A stretch of DNA of 64,000 bases. Source: Octopus vulgaris. Its lineage: Eukaryota. This document shows positions 42,750 through 55,080 of the stretch, one piece after another; position 1 is the first letter of the stretch; each line of letters begins with the position of its first letter. The stretch is taken from contig OX597819.1 of assembly GCA_951406725.2 (NCBI GenBank), positions 96,224,001 to 96,288,000 of the forward strand, in the 5' to 3' direction. Under the pieces are notes generated by a model, which was not told where the DNA came from, made no database searches, and saw only the letters and a list, made by a program, of their open reading frames with translations. The translations under genes and the position numbers were made by a program.

Positions 42750-44050
42750 TGGAACCGTTCAAACTGGGTCAGATGTAGATGGTAGATGATTCAGGATTCC
42801 GATCCATGCTTAAAAACAGTCTGAATGTCTCGATTCTTAAAATGAATTAAAGTCTCGATGAAATGTTCTTGCATGTTTCAAATGTTGTTAGATTTTGCAA
42901 CTGATGTTAGTGGCGGTCTAGACAAGAATACTCCAGCTAATCAAAGTTACTGACATTCTGAAGCAGGTGACCATGAGTTTGTGAAGGTTTAACTAACCAT
43001 GTATCTTATTGAAACAGGATCTAAGTTTTAATCAAGACGATAGTGAGAGCCATTTTCTTGTACGCAACATTAAAGACACAGGAGATATCCTGAATGTTAC
43101 TTTTACTGTGAATACTTCACCGTTTTCATCTACGTACTAAAAGTCAGTAACAAAAGTTAGAAAGATTTTGTTCTTCATCCTGAAATAATTGAGCCTGCAT
43201 AGCTTCCCATCTGTCTTTCATTCAATATTAGATTTGTTAATTTGAATGATTGCTATGAGAAATACGGTAAAAATATTTGGAAGCACGTTAAGTTAAGTTA
43301 GATGTTAACGTTGAGAAAGTCAATTAAGCTTCTTCTGGTCAGAAGAGTCATGTTGTCACAGAAAAGCCTTAGGATGGTCATAAACTTAGAAGTATATTTA
43401 AAGACAAGGATTTTCAAAGAAGATCCTCGGGATTGTGTCGAAGGCTTTGGTGATGTCAATAAGGGTAATTTAGAGGGGTAGAACCTTTCATAGCATTTTC
43501 TCCAAGCTGGCTGGCAGCGAAGATCATATCAGCAGTTCTTCTTGTGTGAGCATGTATAAGTGTACTCCATATGCACGTATATATGATTGCGTGTCTGTGT
43601 TTGTGTTCAGCCAGAGAACCTGAAATGGAGAGTTCCTGGAAGATTTTAGAAATTTTCACGGCATCATTAATCAATTGTATTTGGAGAATGACAATTGATC
43701 AGTCTTGGTATTATTTATTTTTGGAGAACCTCGCTCTTGTAAGTTTTTATGCAAATCTGTCGCTACGTAACCAGTGTCTCTATGATAATAGGTACAGACG
43801 AAAAACTGGAGCCTGGATATGAGGGCTGGAGGTTTCGAATTAGCTCTCCACAGATGTTCTCCACTTCCCAGTGTTTGACAAAACATCTATCTGGCAGTTG
43901 ACCTTTTTAACAATGTAGGAATTTTTTTCCTAGTCCCGTAGAACAATATTTGGTTTGTTGTGTTTATCGGGTTGCTGTTTATATTAGAATGCTACTTAAG
44001 TATTCTGTATTTTTAAAGTTGTGAATGTATTCTGCTTCTGGTGTATCTTT
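42750..44050 (-). pseudogene. fossil non-LTR reverse transcriptase (Hero/NeSL-like)
   Basis: ORF 43456-43674 reads ISGSLAEH...IWSTLIHAH...ADMIFAASQLGENAMKGSTP, resembling SGCLEH...DLANAYGSVP; near 43350 a decayed P.LRAF.D.MTLLT catalytic region. Confidence 0.45.
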
Positions 44051-44353
44051 GGCTTGGCCATCAGGATTATCCTTCTTACATATATCATTCTATACTATTC
44101 AGTGACTATGTCATGCTTCATGAGAAGGTGGTATCTTGCAGACATTTTTGGACATTTACTGATGATATGAACGATATCTTACACACTGCATTGGCACACT
44201 CGACATTTTCTGTCACAACGTGGATGCCTAAGAACATCTTTATCTTTTCATGTTGGTCAGCCATTTAGTAGCTATTTCCTGTTCCTGCATAGTGAAGGCG
44301 TAGCTTTTTAGTGATATGTCCTGCATTTATCGCGATTCTTATCAATATTACTG

Positions 44354-44738
44354 TAGAGGCGCAATGGCCCAGTGGTTAGGGCAGCGGACTCGCGGTCATA
44401 GGATCGCGGTTTCGATTCCCAGACCGGGCGTTGTGAGTGTTTATTGAGCGAAAACACCTAAAGCTCCACGAGGCTCCGGCAGGGGATGGTAGTGATCCCT
44501 GCTGTACTCTTTCACCACAACTTTCTCTCACTCTTACTTCCTGTTTCTGTTGTACCTGTATTTCAAAGGGCCGGCCTTGTCACTCTCTGTGTCACGCTGA
44601 ATATCCCCGAGAACTACGTTAAGGGTACACGTGTCTGTGGAGTGCTCAGCCACTTACACGTTAATTTCACGAGCAGGCTGTTCCGTTGATTCGGATCAAC
44701 CGGAACCCTCATCGTCGTAACCGACGGAGTGCTTCCAA
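44354..44738 (+). mobile_element. full-length tRNA-derived SINE (head A + tail X) with perfect 14-bp TSD
   Basis: TGGCCCAGTGG A box, TCG anticodon-like loop, GTTTCGATTCC B box; TSD TATCAATATTACTG at 44340-44353 and 44739-44752. Confidence 0.92.
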
Positions 44739-45177
44739 TATCAATATTACTGACATTCTCTAACTTGCGGGATATGCACAATCCATAACTTTCTGCTGGC
44801 TTGATAAGTATTTCTTTTTCAAGTGTCTGCTTGATCGATTGGTAATGACAATGATAATGATGCTAACGTTAATGACATTTTGGAAATTAATAAGAATTAA
44901 TATAATGTACTCTTTACTCTGTATATCTGTATTTGGGTATTAATATGTGTATGTTTTTCTACATTGTAATTATCACAATATTAAGGCGAAAAACTGTAAC
45001 ATTGAATGTGGAACATATGTGTGTTTATTGATTTATATTATTTATATCATTATGTATATGTATATTTATATGTATAGGAGTATGAGTATATGCACTCATA
45101 TGTATATGTATATGTTTTATTATGGGTATGTACCCATACCTATATAAGTGTGTATGTAATCTGATTTGTATCACATA

Positions 45178-45306
45178 ATATCCGAAGAGGCCTTAGGATA
45201 TTTTTGTAAATGTCTCATTTATAACTACATATTGACCTACCATAAATGGCTAATATAAGTAAAATGAGACATACTTATCTGCATGGCCGAAACAGCTGTA
45301 AGATGT
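45178..45306 (+). ncRNA. degenerate hammerhead ribozyme with long helix II
   Basis: C(C)GAAGA-GGCC...(ATGTCTCATTT/AAATGAGACAT)...GGCC-GAAAC-AGCT-GTA; core and helix I junction damaged. Confidence 0.55.
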
Positions 45307-45626
45307 AGTCTATATTTATATTTATATTTACTTATATTTATATTCTCTTATACATATTGTACTTATTGTATAACATTGCTCCTTTATGCACACTCCTTTA
45401 TGTACACTGTTTTGTTCTACATTATTATGTTTGACCTTAAAGTTTCTTATGTGGTGGTTTAATAAAGTATGTGATTGGGTATTATCTGGTAATTGATATT
45501 TGATTTGGATGTATTTCTCCATTTTCTTATTTTGCAGTATATATATATATAATATATATATATATATAATATATGAATCAATTTATTTATACACCTGTCT
45601 TCGTCTTTTGTTTTTCTGTAAGTTTC

Positions 45627-45661
<35 letters not shown>

Positions 45662-48600
45662 CACATACATATTCTTGCATATGTGTGTGTGTGTGTGAAT
45701 GACGTATGTATACGTACGTGTGTATAAGTATAAAATGAAGCTAAATTGTACTCGATATATACATACATGTAAGTGCATGTAATTACGTTGTTATGTATAT
45801 ATATATATACGTGTGTGTGTGAGTGTGCGCACGTGTATGCATGTGTGAGCTTGTGTGTGTGAACGTATGTTGGTCTTTTTATCTTATACATCATTTCTAG
45901 TCCCTATTATTTAGAAATAAAAATCAATTGCCTAAGAATAAATGCTATGGCAGTGTCCATAAAAGGAAAATTGATAAAAGAGTTGCAATAGCAGATAATA
46001 GCCGTTGACATAACCGGAATATTTATGCCAGGTCTTCGAGTTGGGTTTTGTGTTTTTTAATTGCAATGTGAGGCAGGGAAAGTGTCACCAGGGTGATATG
46101 TTATGCGTTTCCACTATTCTAACATCACACAATTTCATTCACCATAGACGACACCTACTTATCACTGATGTTCAATCTACTCTCTAATTAGAATATTCTT
46201 GGCTCCAATTCCACAAGAATTTACAGCATCATTTAGATTCAATTCCAGCGTTTAATCTTCCATTCCATTCTATCTCGTTCGATTTGATATTGGAATTAGA
46301 AGCAAACAAAACGAAATAAAAAATAAAAATGTAATTTCTTTCAAGTATCGTAGTGTTTCGCTTATTATTGCTGCTTTCTGTAATCTTCTATGTGTGTCCT
46401 TTCTGTTGTTCATAACGCCGCTGCTGCTAATGCTGCTGCTGTTTCAACTAGGTTTGGTTTTTCATAGAATGAGAACCATATTAACCTATATTTGCTAAGA
46501 CAGGGCATGGTGTCGCTACCATCACTTATGAGTCGGTGATAGATTTCTGAAGCAGTGTAGAAATTAAATTTCCCAATTGAACAAACTACAATTGTTATCT
46601 AAAAATTGGAAAATTATAAATGTTCTTTATTTGTTGTTCGATAGTTTGTGCGGTGTAACTTACTAATGCCACCTTCCATGAAAGCAAACAAGTTCTCGGT
46701 TTTGTTTGCAATTCTTAAGAAATGCAATTTATATTCTATTCGGCTTGAAAAACAAATAGCGTGGATTAAATAATTCCGGAATAAATGAAATGAGCTAGCA
46801 TTATTGTAAACCTCTCGAAGGCTGGAACCTGGCAGAATCGTTAGAGTGTCGTTAAAATACCTTGCAGTATTTCTTTCCGCTCTTTATATTCCGAGTTCAA
46901 ATTCCATTGACGTCAGCATTGTTTTTCATCTCTCGATAAAAAAAAAGTATCAGTAAAATACTTGGGCCGATGGTATCGACTGTTCCCGATCCCTTTACAA
47001 CTGCTACCTTGTGCCTTAATCAAAAATCATTACTGTATATCTCTGGAATGAATAAGCATGTTATGTCGTTGAATAAGCCTGTTATGTGTTAATTCATAAG
47101 TTACAGGGATTAATGCTACTAGAATAACTTGTAGGAACATATCGGGATTGAAAAATCTAGCCAGAAATCATACACCAAATAGTAAAACATTAATTAGCCA
47201 GCCAATTGGATTTGTGGACGTTCTTTGTTAGTGTAATAATTTATTTGTAACTTAGCTTTGCGTTTGTCCCTATATTATTGTTGATGCTTGATAAATAAAG
47301 AAAATGTGAAGTAGAAATAATATAAACTCCCATAACTATCACATTTTGTATAAAACTGTTTGAAATATGTAGTCTATGAGTAAAGCAATTGTAAAGAATA
47401 CATATGTTGGCTGTTAACTTCTCTCGTAATATTTCCTAAATTAAATATAATTTTCTAAATTAATTATAATTAATTAATCCGAAGAAGAATGATCCCTGTG
47501 ATTTTTGTAATCTTCTTCACCGTGGCATAATGATAATGATAGCTTGTTTAGTTTTTTTAATGTTCAGTTGTCTGAGTGGCAGATTCATGTTTGATGGAAA
47601 CACAAGTTGTTATTGGTATAGTTATGGAGACAAAATAAATTAGATTAAGTATTTAGTGTTGCATACAGAAGGGAAAAACGCTGACTGTACTTCGTATGCA
47701 TTAATCAAACTAACAAAGAATTTGGCAGAACCAGAACCAGAATCCCATAATCTCATAATAGTTTATCAACCTTCGATCTCCTTTCATATTTACCTCCTCA
47801 AAATCAATATTTTTCCAACGCAGAGTCTCTGGATGTGCTTTTATCTAATGGCAGTAATACATGAACACAATGGCATTGGATTTTAAAGCTTTCAGCGTCC
47901 TTGAAAAGCTTTCGCATTGTTCCCATTTAACGTACATTAAGCAAACCCAGGCCATTAGTGTAAACCCCAGTCTATAAATTTAAATCTCAGTCCATTAAAT
48001 CAAACTTGAAACTATAAAAAAACAAAGTCACTCAGCAATATTGATTGGTATTGTACAAAGGATGAAAGCAAAAAAAAAAAAGTTAGCAAGATATTTTTTT
48101 GTAATAACTCAAAGATATTCCGGGGTAGGGAACGACAAAGCAAATGTTAATATATTAAAAGAACAGTAAATATGTCAAATTTAAACCTTTGATTAATCAA
48201 ACCTAGACGTATTTCATTGAAGTTTTCTATGTTTTATTTCTCAGCGGCTGCAAATTTTTGATGTCAGAATATTTTCTTGATCGAGTTTAATTCGATTATA
48301 AATTATTCATCATGTCAGTTGATCCTGATTTCTGTCAGGTGGAGTTCTCTGTAAATGAATAGGCTTTAGCTCCCATTCTTATGTTTATCCTTTCAGGAGA
48401 TTTCAATTGTTATTGACAAACAGACAATGTGGTTTCAGCACAGCTTTTCAGAAAATAAAACAATTTAGATTCTGAAGTAACGGAATTAAATAGATTGCAG
48501 TCCCTAGGGAAATGAAAGCAGAAAATGTGGACATGACTGGTAATTGTGGCTATTGTGATTGTACAGTTTAGATAGAAACATTTTAACAAGGTTTATGGTA

Positions 48601-49352
48601 GCAAAGAAAAACACGTTCACGTTTTCATTGTAGTAATGCTATTTCAGCGAAATAGAAAATGACAAGGGCTCCACCCCAAAGCACCTCCTTCCACACATGA
48701 AAACACAATTTGAACTAGCATTCTGTGTTAATTGATGTGTGATAAATTTTATTTATTTTCAACAATGCATATTTCATGATCCAATACATGAATATTGAAG
48801 AGAAAACTGGCTGAGTGAGTGAGCATTTTAACTGAATGAGTTTCGACCAATTAAACAAAGAACCAATGGTTCGTACGTCATCAGCAATACTGAACAACGT
48901 CCAAGGTCACGAACTTTATTACTCACTCAGTCCACCTATCCGGTTTAAGTTCCGTGTGAGAAGACATGGTTCACATTATAAAAAGAACGAGCGTATTGTT
49001 GGTATACAATACTGAGCTAAGATAAGATTTTCTTTTATAATTTCAAAAATTTAAAACTTTTCAATAACTGTTCCTCGTTTTCTCACACTGGTAAAGCTGA
49101 CTCACAGTGACTAATCCTAGAACGTTTTGTTGAGTAAAGCTTATAGAGACTGTCTGAGTTGAAAGGAAGTTCAAAAGCGTTGCGGTTCGATCTTAAAGGT
49201 TTGGGGGGATATGCGATTACCATAAAATATCAAGAAAGTTCTAATAATTTTATGGAGCTTATAAAAACTTCAAAAGTGATTTCGCAAATGTAATGTCGTT
49301 GGTTTATTTATTTCGTGTAGAGAGTGTAGAGAATATCATGTTTCCGAAGAGG

Positions 49353-49418
<66 letters not shown>

Positions 49419-49607
49419 GGGGGCAGAGAAAGAGACATGCTATTCAATTAAACGAACACAGAGCAGACTATCTTAATCTAGCTGAAATAAAGGACAGAGT
49501 AATTTTCAGACTGTGTCCACCTGGTGCTGAGCAAATGAACTTCACCTGAATGGATTAAGGCTTTTGGTTTGTAGTATCTAGCCGAAAACCTGTCAGCAAA
49601 TTTAGTG

Positions 49608-49837
49608 GCGGCGAGCTGGCAGAAACGTTAACGCGCCGGGCGAAATGCTTAGCGGTAATTTCGTCTGCCGCTACGTTCTGAGTTCAAATTCCGCCGAGGT
49701 CGACTTTGCCTTTCATCCTTTCAGAGTCGATAAATTAAGTACCAGTTACGCACTGGGGTCGATGTAATCGACTTAATCCGTTTGTCTGTCCTTGTTTGTC
49801 CTCTCTGTGTTTAGCCCCTTGTGGGTAGTAAAGAAAT
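49608..49837 (+). mobile_element. SINE family S1, full length, flanked by a 57-bp direct repeat
   Basis: AGCTGGCAGAA A-box-like, GAGTTCAAATTCC B box, central GTCGACTTTGCCTTTCATCCTTTC domain; flanks 49551-49607 and 49838-49894 match at 54/57. Confidence 0.9.
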
Positions 49838-50685
49838 TGGTTTAAGGCTTTTGGTTTGTAGTATCTAGCCGAAAACCAGTTAGCAAATTTAGTGACGTTA
49901 TCTGCAAATGTATTGTTGTCAGAGCCATCTTGGTGAAGTGGTGGATATTAGAGACGTAAGGTATCAGTCAGGTTAAGGTGTGTGTGTGTTGTCAGATCGG
50001 TTGATGTTAGTTGAGACTGGTTGATAAGGCAGTGATCAGCTTAGCCAAGTAGAAGTTGGCATTAGACGTTAGAAAGAGATGTTGCTTACAGAATTACTGC
50101 GTCTCCCAGGGAAATAGATGGGTGGGGCACTTACTACACACAATTGCAGATAACCAATACCCAGCCCATCACCTCAGTTCTTAAAACAGTCACAGAAACT
50201 CTTCAAAATGGTTACAGCTATTGCCCAATCTCCTACTTCTCTTAACTGCAGTATCCAATTTGGAATTAAAACTCATTTACCTTCTAAGTTAAAATTCTAC
50301 CCGAGGTCGACTTTGCTTTTCATACTTTTCAGGTCGATACCAAGCAGATACGTGAGTTGATATAAATAGTTTATAATTAGCTCCACCCTCCAATAAAATA
50401 TTTGTCCTTGTGCTTGTTCTTAAGTAATATTAAAAATATTTAAAAAAACCGCTCGAGACACATAGTGACGCCCATAATGTTGTCTGTCTGTATATATGTC
50501 ATTCAAAACAATCTAAAGCATTTAAAAGTTTGTCATTGGCGGAAATCAAAGCCGATAGGTAGAAAGAATTGATATAAAAATTTTATGCTGCAGACAGCAA
50601 TATATATATAGGTGATAAATGTTTATTGGAAAAAACATTGTAATAACAACAGCAACGGCGACAAGAGTAGTAAGTACAACAACAG

Positions 50686-50687
50686 TA

Positions 50688-50738
<51 letters not shown>

Positions 50739-50927
50739 GCCACCGTCATAACCAACACAACCACAACCATTACCCTCACCACCACCACCACCACCACCAC
50801 TACTACTACTACTACCACCACAACCACCACCACCACCACCATCACTACTACTGCAACTACTACAACCCCATGTTCACAACCATCACAACCACGACCACCA
50901 CCACAACCACCACCACAACCACCACCA

Positions 50928-50977
<50 letters not shown>

Positions 50978-51064
50978 GCCACCATCATAACCATCACAAC
51001 CACAATCATTACCCTCACCATCACCACAACCACCATCACCACCACCACCACCACCACCACCACC

Positions 51065-51120
<56 letters not shown>

Positions 51121-51221
51121 AACCACCATCACCAGCACCACCACTACTACTGCAACTACTACAACCCCATGTTCACAACCATCACAACCACGACCACCAC
51201 CACAACCACCACCACTACTAT

Positions 51222-51258
<37 letters not shown>

Positions 51259-51321
51259 GCCACCATCATAACCAACACAACCACAACCATTACCCTCACC
51301 ATCACCACCACCATCACCACC

Positions 51322-51368
<47 letters not shown>

Positions 51369-51467
51369 AACCACCATCACCACCACCACCACTACTACTG
51401 CAACTACTACAACCCCATGTTCACAACCATCACAACCACGACCACCACCACAACCACCACCACTACC

Positions 51468-51524
<57 letters not shown>

Positions 51525-51540
51525 GCTGCTGCTGCTGGTC
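50686..51540. repeat. higher-order compound trinucleotide satellite
   Basis: Anchor CCATGTTCACAACCATCACAACCACGACC recurs at about 50868, 51167 and 51415, between ACT/ACC runs. Confidence 0.9.
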
Positions 51541-51761
51541 AAGCTGCTGCAACTGTTGCTGCTCTACTACTATTACTGCTACCATTACCATCATCCTCTG
51601 TAATAAAACTACAGAAATCTTGTTTCTATTTAGACAGCTCGTTAAGAGGTAGGCTGGAGGTAAACAATAACAGCAAAAGTTACAGCAACAACAAGAGTAG
51701 TAACAACAACAACAACAACCACCGCCACCATATCAGCTGTAATAACGACAACAGCACCTGT

Positions 51762-51900
51762 GGAGGTGCAATGGCCCAGTGGTTAGGGCAGTGGACTCGC
51801 GGTCGTATGAACGCGGCTTCGATTCCCAGATCGGGCATTGTGAGTGTTTATCGAGCAAAAGCACCTAAGCTCCACGAGGCTCCGGCGGTGGGGTTGGGGT
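51762..51900 (+). mobile_element. SINE head A fragment
   Basis: Matches the first 130 nt or so of 44354. Confidence 0.85.
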
Positions 51901-52407
51901 GATACCACCGACTCTATTACTAGATTGGCATTTTATTGCATCGAATCCGAGTGATAAAATGCCCAGATGAGCTCGGCAGCGTTTGAAATCGGAGTGTAAA
52001 AATCCAGAAGCAATACTAACGATTCTGCCATTCCACCTTCCAGAGGTATGAAATATTGGTCTTAAATTTTGGCATAATATCGATGCCAGTGTTCAAGTGC
52101 TACTTATTTTATCGTCTCCGAAAGAATAAAAGGCAAAGTCGACCTCAGCGGTATTTGAACTCAGAACATAAAGAAGGACGAAATACCGCTAAGCAGCCCG
52201 GCGTGCTAACGATTCTGCTAGCTCATCGTCTTCGAGCTATAAAATAATTAATTACTGTGTGGGCGTTAGTGTTGTTTAAGAAGTACATCTCGCAACCAAG
52301 GTGCTACACAGTCGATTCCACTGTGTAGCACCTTGCGTATCTACCTTCTACTACAGCTAACTTAGCGATGACCAATACCTTGTAAATGGAACTCAGTTGA
52401 CGAGAAC

Positions 52408-52553
<146 letters not shown>

Positions 52554-52555
52554 AT

Positions 52556-52848
52556 GCACTCCGTCGGTTACGACGACGAGAGTTCCAGTTGATCCGATCA
52601 ACGGAACAGCCTGCTCGTGAAATTAACGTGAAAGTGGCAAAGCACTCCACAGACACACTTACCCTCAACGTAATTTTCAGCGTGACACAGAACGTGACAA
52701 GGCTGGCCCTTTGAAATACAGGTACTACTCATTTTTGCTAGCTGAGTGAACTGGAGTAACGTGAAATAAAGTGTCTTGCTCAAGGACACAACGCGTGGCC
52801 GGGATATGAACTCACATCTTTACAATCATGAGCCGAATAGCTTAACCA

Positions 52849-52850
<2 letters not shown>
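52556..52850 (-). mobile_element. CORE-type SINE (head B + tail X)
   Basis: Reverse complement of 57636; extreme 5' end lost at the (TATC)n array. Confidence 0.85.
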
Positions 52851-52943
<93 letters not shown>

Positions 52944-52944
<1 letters not shown>

Positions 52945-54120
52945 ACGTATTGACTCTCGAGCCACTACTGCGGAAGCTGGCGACTCTGAGGGGCATCCCG
53001 CGAGAATTGGGATACGGGACAAGCGTGTCTGCATACGCGGACGACGTCACCGTCATAGTGTCAAGCCACGAGCACATCGAGCTGGTCGGCGAGACACTGA
53101 AAGACTACGAAGCGGTGACAGGAGCAAAAATCAACCGGGAAAAGTCAGTGGGCTTGCGGCTCGGCACCTGGAGAAACAAGCCCATGCCGTCCACCAGTAC
53201 CTCCGTCGTGGGACGCTGGACGGACGGCCCGGTTGAGTTGCTCGGGGTCTGGTTCGGTCCGGACCTCCAAATGGAGAAGAACTGGAACGAGATAACGAGT
53301 AGGGTGGTCACTCTCGTCCGGCAATGGGCCGAGAGGAAACTGTCCCTAAAAGGTCGGGCGGAGGTGGCGAACACGTACATCGCGTCCATCATCTACTACC
53401 GCCTGACCGTCGTACCTTGCTCCGACCCTACCATCACCAAACTAGAACGCATTCTCTTCCGCTTCTTGTGGAAAGGATGCGTCCCGATGGTCAGGCGATC
53501 CATTTGCTGTCAACACCCGTTAAAAGGAGGGCTGGGCATGCCGTGGTTGATGATGCGTAGACACGCGCTGAGACTGCGACATCCTTCCTTCAAACGGGAA
53601 GGAAGAGCTATTTTTATCATACTTGTGGCTATGGCGAAAGAATGTATCTGGTGGACGCGCCTGAAAGGATTAGAGGCAAACACTTTCCTCTCTGGTCAAT
53701 CTCTCATCAACTTCTTCAAGTATCACTTGAACAGGAAAGTGAGAGTAGAGAGGCAAGTTTTGTCTAGTGAATGTTTTTAAAAAAGATGGGTGAATGTAGC
53801 AAGGATGGCACGTATGAATGACGAAGCCACCTTGACTATGATCCTATGAACCGTAAAAATTAATACAGAGAGTTGCTTATTTGTAAAAAAAAATATAACA
53901 TGTGACTTCATTGACCGAGGTTACCGTGGTCTTTTCCGTAGGCTTTTCTTTCCACGGGTAAACCTCACCTGTCCTCTCCTTTACACTTTATATTGACATT
54001 TCTGTGATAACGATCCCTATTGATCAATTTTTTCCTTCCCCTTTTTTACCCCCAAAAGAAAAGCTCTACTTTGTAATTTGTCCTGTCTGTGTGCAGCCCT
54101 GTGTGGCTAATAAAGAAACA
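52944..54120 (+). mobile_element. 5'-truncated, internally deleted L1/Tx1-like LINE within a (TATC)n array
   Basis: RT motifs LYVLTLEPLLRKL, YADDVTV, GAKINREKS, LSLKGR, GGLGMP; premature TAA at 53778-53780, with the frame continuing to TGA at 53849; 3' UTR with AATAAA. Confidence 0.9.
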
Positions 54121-54197
<77 letters not shown>

Positions 54198-54550
54198 GTC
54201 TATCTATCTATATGTGCGCATGTGTGCTAGTAAGAGAGTGTGTGTTTGCGCTCGCACGTTTATTATGCTTATACTGCTTCAAAGACCGGTGTTGGTTATG
54301 TTATTTTGTGTTTCTTTTGTCCCCTAACTTCATAGTTCAACAAATAGAAACCAATACATTAAACATAAGTACAGGGGTCGCTGTGTTCAACTAAAGACTT
54401 AAAGGCTTTGACGCCAGTGTGGCTGCAGTTCAATGACTGAATTCGAAAAGAAGAATAAAATATATAAAACATATCGAAAAATTGTATACAGAAAGGAATC
54501 TAATGCAAAAACTAAGAATGTTAAATTAAGGTAATTATTTCAAAGTAAAC

Positions 54551-55080
<530 letters not shown>

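Noticed and set aside
44357-44430. tRNA-Arg-like gene (and similar heads at 21690, 51762, 57636)
   Set aside because: No proper acceptor stem or terminator; each continues into a SINE body, in two cases with TSDs.
52776-53780. 334-aa ORF as an intact gene
   Set aside because: Chimeric reading frame of SINE antisense, (TATC)n and a truncated, internally deleted LINE RT.
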